NCBI GenBank assembly: GCA_964187785.1 | Contig: OZ076412.1 | Location: 82,398,001-82,462,000 of the forward strand | Reading direction: 5' to 3' | Origin: Amphiscolops sp. MND2022 | Lineage: Eukaryota | DNA: 64,000 nt | Shown here: positions 38,640-50,800 of the stretch, piece after piece | How positions within the stretch are numbered: position 1 is the first letter of the stretch | How the letters are laid out: each line of letters opens with the position of its first letter | The notes under the pieces: generated by a model | Told to the model about the DNA's origin: nothing | What the model saw: only the letters and a program-made list of their open reading frames with translations | Databases searched by the model: none | Position numbers and translations under genes: made by a program

Positions 38640-38910
38640 TGAAAATGCGGGAGTTTAGCTTAGAGAAAAAAATCTGAAAACGTTGCATGGTGCCAAAAAA
38701 GTTTTTTGGTCTCCCCAATTTTTTGCAAAAATATTTTTTTCGGTTCAGTGCGAGACTCCGCGTTAACAACTCGGCCAAGTGACTGACTGACTTTGAAAAA
38801 CTCAATAAGTTTTTGTTGAACTATTTTGGACAGTTCAAGTGTATCGGAAAAAACTGACAAAAAGCCATGACTGTAGTCGCTTTTTCTTGAATAAAAGCGC
38901 CGGATAAAAC
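38640..38910 (-). mobile_element. Degenerate HINE-A 5' fragment
   Basis: AAAGCC(A)TGACT(G)TAGTCG...AAAAGCGCCGGATAAAA matches the reverse complement of the HINE-A 5' end. Confidence 0.5.
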
Positions 38911-39030
38911 TTGGCTCTCAAATGCTTGCGATCGATTGTGTAGTCACCTTCAAAATGAATGGTAGTCTTACAATGCATGCAATTCTGCCCTGAATGGAAG
39001 TTTGCACATACCTCCATTTGTTACCCATAC

Positions 39031-39100
39031 TTGCACATCGCTCCACTTGGCCCAGAAGCATTAAAATGAATAACAGACAAGCCAGTTTGAAAGTTTGCAT
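39031..39100 (-). CDS. Signal-peptide exon of the same putative gene
   Basis: MQTFKLACLLFILMLLGQVERCA has a basic n-region, a hydrophobic core and a small-residue c-region. Phase-1 donor A|GTATGG at 39030; alternative phase-2 donor AG|GTATGT at 39011. Acceptor TTCAG just upstream of the ATG; a strong upstream donor CTG|GTAAGT near 39452 suggests a 5' UTR intron. Confidence 0.5.
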
Positions 39101-39626
39101 TCTGAATGGGGTCTTCGACACTCACAAGTTGATCGATATAACTGAAACACACAAAACATACACTTCACGCTTTTCAAACCAAAATGATCTCGCTTTCCAT
39201 ATTTTGTTAAACCACACTTGTGCGTGAACAGTCAATGGATTAACTTAACGATGCATTAACAGATTTAGTAAATAAAAACTGTGCAAATTGTTAATTCACT
39301 GTTTGGAGAAGTTTGTTCACGCAAAATTTGGCTTAAACTGATTATTCGATGGCTTGTTCACACATCTCGAAAATCATTTCAGTCTCGAGCTGCGGTCTTG
39401 ACTGAAATTAATTTCTCGATGCATGAACAAGCCATGGAATAACTAGTACTTACCAGTACTGGCAACCCACCGCAAACCACCGGTGGCCACCAGTGGAGAC
39501 ATTTTAGGGCTGCCAATTTAGTTTCCACCGGTGATGTTATATTGAATACATCCAACGGCTGCTTCCAACTATTTTGGGAACTTGTTCGAATTTGTTCAAA
39601 ATGCAAATGCCATGCTCAGCGACAAA

Positions 39627-40179
39627 CCCTGGTTGGAACTGCTTGGACTTTTTACATGTTTTTGTAGGTAACCAACCTAATTTTCCATGATTTTATAAAA
39701 TTCTCAAAGAAACGTCCATGCAACAAAACTTCACTGATTCGATTTAAATTTATCAAGCTGCCTATAAAATGCATCTTATATTTGGCGGCAATTTTGCGCC
39801 GCAAAGTTTTGCAGGTTTCATTAAGAAGCCGTTCTGTTTCTGAAAGCTGCTGAGACCGTCATCAATTTTACCGCGCTTTCAATGCAAATAAACTTCAGTC
39901 ACAGTATAAGTTTTAAAGTAGAGTCATATTCAGCGTACTATCTCACTAACGGTGATTACATACGATACTTACTTGAGAAACTTACTCGTGAAAACAAAGT
40001 GATCGCGGTGGTGAAGAAGTGGAAATGTTTTCAGTTTTAATTGAAATAGTGAAAGCTGCATTGTAATCCTACAAAATGGTTCCATGCAGGCTCCCGGAAT
40101 TTTCCATGTATTGTAAAAAAAACATTAGCCTGCATGTTTCCATGCAGCATGTAAAAAGTTCAAGCAATCTCGACTAGGG
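39627..40179. mobile_element. MITE-like element with ~32 bp imperfect TIRs
   Basis: CCCTGGTTGGAACTGCTTGGACTTTTTACATG vs reverse complement CCCTAGTCGAGATTGCTTGAACTTTTTACATG. Related pieces at ~4186-4400 and ~34200-34680. Confidence 0.6.
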
Positions 40180-40309
40180 AAGTCAAATCTTATGTCGACT
40201 TTTTGGAGAGAACAGACGAAAAACTTCACGATCGGGTACGAATATGTGAACCATAGAAAAATCTGGTAACATGGCAGAAAATGACTTTTCGCGTGTGGAT
40301 GAATGCTTG

Positions 40310-41070
40310 AACAAGACGCCCGCGGACCAGCGGGATATTTTCCGCCCCAAATCTCTTCGAAAAAGACTACTGGACAACAAATTTGTTCCTTGTTGACTCT
40401 TTTCAACATTCCAATCTACGAAGTCTGTCGAAAATTTGACAAAAATTGCATAAAAACGTTGAAAATCGAAAAAGTTTGGAATTTTTTAATCATTTTTTGG
40501 TAATTTTTCTTTTAAAAAACCGCATTTGTCTCTTCAGAATACTATTGGACAACGAATTCGTGCCTTTTTGAACGTTTTCAACATTCTAATCCACGATGTT
40601 TATCGAAAAAATGACAAAAATTGTATTAAAACATTAAAAGTCGAAAAATTTTGGAATTTTTGTCATTTTTTTGGTAATTTTTCTTTTAAAAAACCGCATT
40701 TATCTCTTCAGAATACTATTGGACAACAAATTCGTGCCTAGTTGAACGTTTTCAACATTCTAATCGACGATGTTTATCGAAAAAATGGCAAAAAATGCAT
40801 GAAAACGGTGAAAATTGGGAAAGTTTTGAATTTTTGTCATTTTCGGGGTCATTTTTGGGTCATTATGGGGTCATTTCCGTCATTCCCAAAAATGTCCAAA
40901 AATCGTTACAAATACATATCGCATGGAACTAAATTTATGTCAGTTGAATTCTGTGAATGTACTTCTTCATATTACGTAAACAATAATTCTTGGCAAATTT
41001 TGTAAAAAAAAAACCTGTTTGATTTAAATATTTTCCTTTCCCATATGAAATATGGGCGGAAAATAATAAA
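40310..41070 (-). mobile_element. HINE-B copy carrying a 174-bp tandem repeat
   Basis: AACAAGACGCCCGC..GGGATATTTTCCGC at 40310-40345 (3' end) and GGGCGGAAAATAATAAAA at 41054-41071 (5' end). Confidence 0.7.
40366..40845. repeat. Tandem array, 174-175 bp monomer, ~2.7 copies
   Basis: ACTA(C/T)TGGACAAC recurs at 40366, 40541 and 40715. Confidence 0.9.
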
Positions 41071-42599
41071 ATAGTTCATTTTTTACTTGAATGAGTGATT
41101 TTTTCAGTAGATTAAAAATGGTGCTTTTCGAATAACTCCTGCGTTCTAACGTTTTCCAATGTTCCAGATACTGTGAATTACGTTGTAACAGCACGTATAC
41201 ACATGTTCCTTATGAAATATTGGGTTTTTCATAACTTATGTATTTTCTTGATCGTTTTTTTTTAGAAAGTACTTACCAAGTACACGGGACCGAGATCCAG
41301 GTGGCCTTGTAGCAAACGTATTGTACTAGGTAAGCCGGAAAAAAAACGGAAAGTGCAAAAATGTTTATGCTCTCAAAATGTCAAACATTTGTCAACAAAA
41401 TGTTTCAAAATAACTTTGAAAGCTGAAATTCAGCTTGTCAATCAATCAATTTGACAACGTCGCTTTCACACATTCGAGTGTCAAAGAACTTTCGCACATC
41501 AGAAGTGCGAACAAAGTGACTGGTAAAGATGTCTAGAATTTACCTGAAGGTTCAAATCATCTGTTGTCGAAGATTTGATTACGTAATGAGAGCTCCGATT
41601 TGAAAGATTGACTGGATAATTTTCTGAGCTTTGTTTACAAATATTCCAATTTTGAAGAGCAATATTTTTGTGCGTTCCGTTTTTTTTTGGTTCACCTAGT
41701 AACCTTCGCGATCAATGTGTGCCCCGATAACTTCGTGATGGTTGAAGCTTATGAATTCGAAACAAAATGAATGAAATTTTTTGAAAAATGGAAAAATGAA
41801 AAAACTTTTTCTTCACAAAATGAAACAGATACCAGACAGTGTCTGAGCGTAATTAATGTTTTGAGTCAATGCGTCCGCTTCCATTCGTACTGTGAATAGT
41901 TAAAACAGTATCTAAACGTGAATGACGTCAAAACAGGGTGCTGCAGTTTTTTAAACAAACCAATGTAAGCTTTCATTTCCGTCAATCAGTCGAGAAAATT
42001 AAATCGCTGAAATTATCTTTTATGGAATGATTGAGAATTACACAATATTGCGTCATTGGACTAAATCTGGCTTTAGAGCTACCATGTGAATCAATCAATA
42101 ACTAGTGCTATATAATGTAGCCATTAATATCAATATTGCGGTGAATTTAATTTTGAAGTATTTTACCTTGTAATTTTTACTTTAGTAATTTTAGAGGGAA
42201 CATCAGAAACCAAAAACTAAATTTATATTTGCTCGTCCAAAAATCACATTAACTTTGAGGAAAAAGTTTTGTTTACAAACACTTCACAAACGCTCTAGCA
42301 AAGATATCTGCTATGGCCCCACCATCTATTGATGTAATGAATTGATGATTTTAAAATTTGTGCGCATTGAGCTTAAAAAAACAACACTTCTGTGAGAATA
42401 CTTCTTTGCTATTTCCATCAAAAACAGCAGGAAAACTACTCGCAGCTAGTATTTGCTGTTCTTGCCATTCTTACAATCATTCGGTTCTAATTTGAATATT
42501 CGTTATATCTTTCCTTATTTTATTGTTTTTTTTGTCTTTCGGTGAAATTTGTCTCAACACAATTTGCACTAGAATTTAACGATTCCACGAAATAAGAAA

Positions 42600-42979
42600 A
42601 ACAAGAAGCCCGCCATGCCCCGGGTATTTTCCGCCTTCAATTGAAAGCCGAAATCGAAAATTTACCTCCTCCTTGGTAAAATGCAATTTACTTCGGATAT
42701 AGCGTCAAAATTCGAATATAGCGCAATTTTTTTGAACCTCCACTTCCTCCGTAGAAAAACAATTAACTTCGAATATAACGTCAAAATTATCTGGGATATA
42801 GCGTGCTGGGACAAATGGGAACGCTTGTTTTCGAACCTCAGCCTCCTCCTTAGTAAAACGCAATATTAAATTTAAAATGGAGTAAAAAGTGGAGTTTTGG
42901 GAGAAAATGGAAAAAAACGCAACACAGATCAAGATTTTCCTCCCCCTACACAATAAATTGTGGGGGCGGAAAATAAAAA
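42600..42979 (-). mobile_element. HINE-B copy without tRNA cassette
   Basis: AACAAGAAGCCCGCC..GGGTATTTTCCGCC at the left and AAACGCAACACAGATC..GGGGCGGAAAATAAAA at the right. The interior has short internal repeats (CCTCCTCCTT(G/A)GTAAAA). Confidence 0.65.
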
Positions 42980-43115
42980 TTTTCAAAAACTTTTCCGCAA
43001 GTAAAATTGTGAAAAAACGTTGCTTAGAAATGTCAAAAAATTGAAAAAACACTTCGTTATTTTCAAGTATTTTGCGGTTAATTTGATGCTCAAAAACATT
43101 TTCTGTATAACTGGA

Positions 43116-43450
43116 TTTTTATTTTCCGACCCCACATTTTCAATGGGGGAGGAAAATCATGATCCGTGATGCGTTTCTTTCACAAATTCTGCCATAAATC
43201 GACTGTTCACTTCATTCACTCTTCTCTACCTACACTCTCTCACTCACTTAGCTTAGAGGGGGAATAATATCTAAAGTAAAAAAAAAGAATAAGATCTAAA
43301 GGTAATGAGATCTAAAATTTCAGGACATTTCATCACTAAATTTTAGATCTTATTCTTTAAATCCTATTCCCCCCTCCCAAAATAGCTATGGCTCAGTTGG
43401 TGAAGGCGAAGAGGGCGGAAAATATCCCGGTGCTTAGCGGGCGTCTTGTT
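43116..43450 (+). mobile_element. HINE-B copy with tRNA cassette deleted after the A box and an inserted GGGGAATA palindrome
   Basis: Order: TTTTTATTTTCCGACCC ... GGGGGAATA..TATTCCCCC (43258-43374) ... TGGCTCAGTTGG ... GCGGAAAATATCCCGGTGCTTAGCGGGCGTCTTGTT. Confidence 0.72.
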
Positions 43451-43651
43451 CATAATGGAGCCTTTAAGCAGGAAAATCACTGTCTTTGATTATTCTGCTT
43501 ACGTTACACCTGTATGGTTATACTATCATTACCAGGGAGTAATACTCTTTTTACAATGTTCAATGGTCAGCTTGGTATTGAATGAGAATAAACCCGCGTG
43601 TCTATGTTTTGATAACCGTTTTCCAGTCATAACCAAAAAATTGTGTCACAG

Positions 43652-44212
43652 TTTTTAGTCGGCGCATTTTAGTAGAAAATGTGCCCGACTCTTACAGTGG
43701 GTAGTTTTTTTAGACGCGTAAGGTCCACTTTTTTGTTCATTTGTTCAACAACGTCAAACCTCAACAACTTCAAACCTCAACAACTCCAACCTCAGAAGCG
43801 CGTCTAAAACGAAAAGAAAAAACAAAACAGACGTCCAGAACCTCGAAATCACACTAAGGATGCCCCATAGCCCCACTTTTTTTTCGGAACTATGATACTT
43901 TTTTTGAATCTTTTTGGATTGCACCAAAGGGTCCCCCCTTCATTTGTTTCGATATTTTGCAACAAAATGGATGTCAAAAAATCCCAAAGGGTCCCGCCTT
44001 TCACATTTTTCGGCACTGTGACACTGTTCAAAAATCTCATTTTTTGAAATTTTTCGGAAAAATTTTTCAAGTTCCCAAAGGGTCCCCCAAAGGGGTCAAT
44101 TTTTTTTTCATTTTTTGCAACCAGCTGGAGTTTCACAAAGCCCGAAGGGTTCCCCCTTTTACAATTTTGAGCCTTAGATATGGCGCCGACTTTGGCCGTT
44201 CTCGGCTTGTTT
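43652..44212 (+). mobile_element. HINE-A copy
   Basis: TTTTTAGTCGGCGC ... AGATATGGCGCCGACTTTGGCCGTTCTCGGCTTGTT. Confidence 0.8.
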
Positions 44213-44445
44213 ATTAGTATCAAACGCATATGAATGTAGACAAGTTCATAAGTAGACAAGTAAACATTCAAAAATTTACCCTCAAATTATTATTTTAACG
44301 AGTCGCTACTTGCAATTGCCTTTACGTTGCCAAGTAAGTACTGTGAAATATTACGACGGTAAACCCGGAAATTCATGTTTGGCTTCTAATCTCAATGATT
44401 CACAGGGTTGATACAAGTTCAACCCTTTTTGCTAAGGTTTTGAGG

Positions 44446-44843
44446 AACAAGCCGGGAACGGACCAAGTCGGCGCCATATCTAAGGCTCAAAAATAGCAAA
44501 AGGACTTCAAAGTCTCAAGTATTCTTTCAAAGGACCCAAAAAACCCAAAACTTGAAACGAATTAGTCAAAGTATTCTCTTCTACAGCACCCTAAAAATAG
44601 TGAAAAAGTCTCACAATGCCGAAAAAACTGAAAGGGGGACCCTTTAGTCTCGCCCGGTACTGTATGTTACGTGGAAAAAGAGGAAAAACATTTTTGGTTC
44701 AGTTCGCTAGGCGAAATGGTTCAATTTGACAACGTAATTTTTGGTAGAACTTTTGAAGAACTACTCTGGTCAGTTCGTGTGGATTGAAAAAAGAGAGCCA
44801 CTATAATAGTCGCGTTTCACTTCATCAAGCGCCGACTAAAAAA
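44446..44843 (-). mobile_element. HINE-A copy (tail-to-tail with previous)
   Basis: AACAAGCCGGGAACGGACCAAGTCGGCGCCATATCT ... GCGCCGACTAAAAAA. Confidence 0.8.
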
Positions 44844-45847
44844 GAACCCGTCGTTGATAGAATGCTCATCCTAAAGATTTTACAGCCAAAGAAATCAAAT
44901 CTACCGAAAATAATTAATTTTCTCAACTCAATACTAAATTGTATTGGAGTTGAATCTATTTAGCAGTAAAAAAATCATGCTTTTTCTTCAGGGCACTTTT
45001 CACAGAGTTTTCAAGGGGAAAAGTTTTGAAATTTTTGTTTTGAAAAGTGGCGTTCTTAGTGGTACTAACCGTTAGAAATGACTAAAGGAATCCTTCTGGA
45101 ATTTGAATCAACAGTAGTGTTCAAAGTTAATTCCTTTCATCTCGTCGAGCAGCGAGTGAGATTTTCAAAGCATTTTTCTCCAATCATTTTCTAGTTAATC
45201 CAGTCATAAATTATCACCAATTATTCCAGCTAATTCGATTGGTTAAGGCTGACAAAACTTCAATTCACGCTTGAGCTAATAGTAGTTTTTGACCAACTAT
45301 TGAAGCAGGTCTGAAAATATATTCCATTAAAGAGCGAATTTTTAACTGACCCATTCCAAGCAGGCTTCAGAAAAACATGTGAGAAACAGTTTGAATTTGT
45401 GGAATGTAATAATTGATTTCAAGACTTGAAGTTCCTTAAGTAGGAGCCATGGGAAAATTATGGACATCGTAAATATTCATATTCGATTAGGGGGGTGCGG
45501 TGAAGGAAAAAATTGAACTCGGTCAATGATCACACAATGACAGCTATTTAATCGAAATGTCGGTGGAAATTAATGAATTCAGAAGAGGTTATATATTCAT
45601 TCATTTTTCTTTGAGCAAAACTAACATTCTGAAGTTTGCTGGAGAAATACTTTGCCTCCCACTGGAAATAATGTTACCTCCGTCACACCATACTCCTTCG
45701 CTTGGTACGGCGGCTCTTTTTCCTTTTCCCCACACTTTTTAAAGAAAACAAACTCAACATAAAGGACCATATTTGACTATACCATTCAATATTTCTTCAA
45801 ATAAGTCTTTTCCTTTGTTTTGTTGTCTCCACGTGAACTTGAATTAA

Positions 45848-45950
45848 CCCGGAACAGCCGTACTGGAACTTTTTCCTCCCCCCCCTCCAAAAAACATCAA
45901 TTTGAAAAGTTTGTGTGGGGGAGGAAAAGTTCCGGTACGGCTGTTCCGGG
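45848..45950. repeat. 103-bp hairpin MITE
   Basis: CCCGGAACAGCCGTAC(T/C)GGAACTTTT(T)CCTCCCC inverted repeat, ~33 bp, one mismatch and one indel. Confidence 0.75.
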
Positions 45951-46279
45951 TATAGATAAATACTCGAAAAGTGGGTAAAATTCAGGAAATTATTAGATAC
46001 ACTCAGTTGTATTTGCAACTGGAACGATGCTGGAAATATTACATAGCTTCCTAAAAACAGCCAATGAGAATTGAGATTGATTCATTGACTGAAATTTTAC
46101 AGCGTTGATAAAATCAATGATTTAATGTATTCATTGGTTTCCAATGAAACAACAATTAATCGCACAGTCCTATATTCGATCTCCCGGTCGCGTTAGTTTT
46201 TCTTTTGGTCCTCTGTTATCAGAGGTATCACATATAGACTTAGTCAAACCCATGACAACGGCTACCACTTGCGATATTT

Positions 46280-46486
46280 CTACTTAGTTTTTTTTTTCAA
46301 ATTCTGCGAAAACTCCACTTTATTACTCCAATTAGCAGTTAGTAAATAGTAATTTGGATATTTTTTTTCACCGTGGCTTAGTTGGTAGTGCGTCTGCCTG
46401 GCAGACACGAGGTCGTGGGATCGAACCCGTGCTGATGCGTTACAATTTTGGCGGAAAATATCCCGGTGCTTAGTGGGCGTCTTGTT
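46280..46486 (+). mobile_element. HINE-B copy, 5'-truncated, with tRNA-like cassette (46372-46448)
   Basis: TGGCTTAGTTGGTAG (A box), GGGATCGAACCC (B box), T4, then GCGGAAAATATCCCGGTGCTTAGTGGGCGTCTTGTT. Confidence 0.75.
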
Positions 46487-46959
46487 ATACCAAGTACCGT
46501 TTGATATCGCGTATGTGAAACGACCCACTGAAATCGAAAACCAAAGATCAGAAAAAAAAGTTTTATAAGGAGCAAATGACGGTAAAGCAACAAACCCAAA
46601 AAGGATGAATGTGGGGCGCAAAACAGTGTTGCAAGGTCTAGAAGAAAGCCGGGAACCTTAAACCTCAAGCACACACAACAAAAGTGTTGATCCTGAAATG
46701 GGGAACCTCATCGACGATCCAATATAATACTGAATATCAGTCTCCAGATGGGACCTGGACATCTCCCGAGTTGTTCATAAAACCACAACAGGCTTTTCCC
46801 CAATCTTGTGGTGAGTCAAAATATCTGAGAATGTGTGACGTTGACTTGCTCAGTGTTGAAGGTCGAAAGATATGATGACGTTCATCAGAGTTTCACCATG
46901 AAAGTATAAATCTTGAGCATTTCCTGATCCCACCACTCAATTGTTTTGGGAAATTAGTG

Positions 46960-47850
46960 GAAAATCAAAACAAAAATACTTGAATACAAAACAGATCTCC
47001 TTCAATTTTAGGATTATTTCCATAATTATTTGGTTATCCAACCCACGATAAGACAGCAAGGACAGTTGGACGTTGCATCATCGACGTAATGACGAGACAC
47101 TGTTATTTAACAACAGTCATACTGCCTGATAGAATGTCATAATTCAGATCAGAAGTCGTAAACCAAATAGCACAAACGCTCGACTTACGGATAAACCAAA
47201 CATCGTCAAAACACCCCTAAACAATTGGAATACTTGAACGAACTCATACCACTCTCAAAATTTCACTGAAAATATCCACAGGCGAAAGACGATCAATATG
47301 GAATAAATATGTAGAGATAGCGGTATTGAATTACAATTTCAAGCCACCATGATCGTTTGGGCTGCGAACCAACATTATTTCAGGAAGGATCCCGAACAAC
47401 AAACTGGACATCAAACTCGGACTCAAACCAGAATGGAAAAGAGATACAGACAAGGATCTAGCGGACGAATTACAAAAACAAATAGCAGAGATTCGCCAAG
47501 ATGCCCGAGACAACAAACTGGATGCAATTCTAGTTAAAATAGTAAAGATACTACGACAAGAAAGCGACAGCAACTCCTCTGAAGATGAACGACTACTGCT
47601 ACGTCCAAAACCCGAAAGCAGATAACCAATAAATGAAATCCGCATTCAAAGGCTGCATTTGAACGGGACATAGTCGTAGTAAGAAGAACAGGTACCCTTT
47701 ACACGCAAACCCTCCGAAGAACTTGCCTAGGCTATATGCGCCCAATCAACTAGTCTCAGGCGTAACAGTCAGGCTGGAAAATAACCTTCCAGAGCCTGAG
47801 GTTAAATCACCCCACAACGATTGGTACGCGCAAGCCTCTGACAACCCGTA
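46960..47850 (+). pseudogene. pol: Gypsy integrase and C-terminal tail relic
   Basis: QTIGILERTHTTLK; LGCEPTLFSGRIPNNKLDIKLGLKP; DLADELQKQIAEI; HNDWYAQA. Same lineage as the 9100-9700 integrase. Confidence 0.85.
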
Positions 47851-50800
47851 CTAGTAGCATTTCTACTGCTACGCACTATTTTCTGACTTGCCATTCTCGC
47901 CTCTGTTTCAGCTTCCTTCTGTTTTACGACAACACCCAACGAACTGCCAGTCTCTCCAACTACAGTACTTTGACCGCCAAGAGACAAACGGTTGGCCCCG
48001 TTGCTCTCCGCGTAATCACTGTCGAAGGACTTTCGTTGTTGAGCCAAAAAACCGGCAAACAAATTGGAATAGGATGCGACAAACTCCTCAAAACCTGGAT
48101 CGAAAATGTCCTTTCACAAGTCAAATTCGAAGGCAGCAAAGAAAACTCCGGCATTCGATACCGCAGCACGAGCGGCATCCAGAGTTTGTTCGGTGAAGAA
48201 GGATTGATGAGAAAAGCCGGCACTTAGAACATACCTCCGGACGATGTATAAGCATGTCTGAAACATCTCCTTTTCAAGAGCTCTGCCATTCAGATCAATT
48301 GTCCCAAGTGGACGGGCTGGGCTTGCTACGGCAGTCCCACGATCAAACAACACAATTTCAACACACGAAACACATGATGCCGCGATTGAAATTCGAAATC
48401 CTGAAACAAGAACTGTTTAACGCTGGGACGATCGCTAGCAGACTGCTGATGTCTCCGTTTCTCCACAACGAAAATACTTTACTCCTCTAGAGCCGCTTTG
48501 AAATCGTCGCCCGACAGCACCTTGCAAGACTCCAAGACCTTACACAGTCCAGAGAACAGCTTAAACGCAGTATTATCGTCGCGCCTTCAAACTTTAGCTC
48601 AGGACAGAAGCCGTATAACCCTCTCGCCACAACTGACGTAACACTAACGCTTTCCACAAGAAGAACAATGAGTCGGTTAACGAATTCCTTTCATCGAATC
48701 CAAAACAGTCCATACTCGCTCGTCTTCCCAGCAGTTAGACTCTAACTAAACTCTTAATTGGACAGAAAGGTCTCTATAGGGGCTACAGGAAAGGCAGCAA
48801 TTTTTGACAAATCCATGTACTTTTCTCACTCATGAATTCCAGGCAGACTACCAAGCTTGCGCGTCTTTAACAACAGGCAGTAAACAAAAATGGATAATTC
48901 GTCGTATCCAAGGAAAGCGTAGTCGACGCGTCCCTGCCCCAATTTTACGAAGTTAGTATGACCTAAAACATGATGGCCCCTTAAATCATTCGAAAACAAA
49001 TCGATTGGCCGAAACGAGAAATCGTAAGAACAATGAGCCACCCCTCATTCCTAAAAAAAATGAAACATTGCAGAAAACGTAATTGCTACGTTGAACAACA
49101 AATACCCCAAGCTATATAAAAAACCATACTAACGAGTATCTAACATCAATTAAAGAAGACCGAAGCGTTACGGCACCATTTTGTCCGCAATCAGTTACCA
49201 GTTCATCCCTCTCAACCTAAACAACAAAGGTAAATCAGAACACCTGCGAGAAAACAACGAAACACACAAAAGGGATACAGTTCAACGAAACAACAACGGA
49301 GTCAATACAATAAAATCAAATAAAGACTTACACTTCGCGTATTGAAAACCAGTGCTATGGACATGAGGTCGAATTGATGGCCGAAGATCAATCAGTCTGT
49401 GAGCACCTCAGGAAGATCCGTGAACTCAGCGTAGCCCTGTCGAATGCATTGTCGCAGCAAGATCTTTCGCTACATCCACTTCTCGTAGAGAGCACGCTTC
49501 AGGCGGTGTATGGTGTAATCCACTAGAGTTGTTACCTCTACCGTCACCATCCTAAAGAGGTCTCGATGAGCTTGCCGCTTTGTTGCACAAAGACCTCACT
49601 GTCGAATCCTTGACGCAGCAGAAATCGCTTGCCAACCTCACGGTTGTCACTCACCACACGGACCAAAGACAGACTCGCTCCAAGAATTGATAAAAGCAAT
49701 TGTTTTCAGTTCAAACTGTGCACCACACGAGCCAGAGGGAGCAACTGCAGATTCAGAACGGCCTGTTCCAGAGACTCGCGTCCAACACCGACTTTCTTGT
49801 GATGGTAATCCACCAGAAGAGCGCGAAACTATACTTAAATGACACATCTCTTTCGTACTGCAGACTGTATGCTTTGAAAGCATTGATTCCGCTAAGAACA
49901 GGCCGTATCACCCGAAGAGCAAGCCCTTGGCACAAAAACGACTAAACTATAAAAATCGTATCGAAAATCAAAAAATTGCAATCAGCAACCCCGAAGAGTT
50001 ATTTTTCTGACAACAACAAGACAAACACTACGAAGTAAAAACGAAACATAGAACTACGACTAACCACAGTCTCCGACCGGCGCCAATTCAAGGAGAACTG
50101 AGGCTCTCGCTCGCCCAATGAAGAACAGAAATGCCCCCACACACGTCGTAGCAGACAAGGGTCATGAAGGGCACTCTTGACTCCACACGAGCTTGATTCG
50201 GAAGCATATCCTCGAGAAAGAGATTCTGCTCGCTGAGGTCAACAAAAGGCAAAAACAACGAAAATCCGCATGTGGGTCTCATACAGGGACATGGGTTCCA
50301 TCAAGCTAATATGAACCTGAAGCCCCATGTGGACCCGGTACACCACATCCTGGTGCCAGTGGTAATCCGAGGCGAAATGACGTGAGCCGTGTGAGCCCAA
50401 AGAGACGATAAGCCCATGTGAGCCCAATATCACTTGATCCATGTGAGCCCATAGAGACATCATGGCGACACACACGGCAGTGGAAGAATGTAGCCTTCCC
50501 GCATTTTGCTCCAGAGACAAAATCGGCAAATATGAGCAAGAGGCCAAGCATCCGCTTGTGGAGCCGTCACGACTGTTATATTTGCGCACCCTACGTCGTG
50601 ACCCAAAGCGATCATTCACTTTCTCAACAAGCTTATGGAATCGTGCAAAACACACGGAACGATGTCAAAAAAAACAAAGGCAAGCAAGGCAAACAAAGAC
50701 TTGACACACCTGACTGGATACTCTGGGCAGTCCGAACCCCGACTTCTTCAGCAAGCTATTGGTCCCGTCGAACAACACCACGTGGATTTAGCGGAGTCTC

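Noticed and set aside
40366-40845. CRISPR-like array (also 15520-15790)
   Set aside because: Whole monomers repeat with no unique spacers, there are no cas genes, and the context is eukaryotic.
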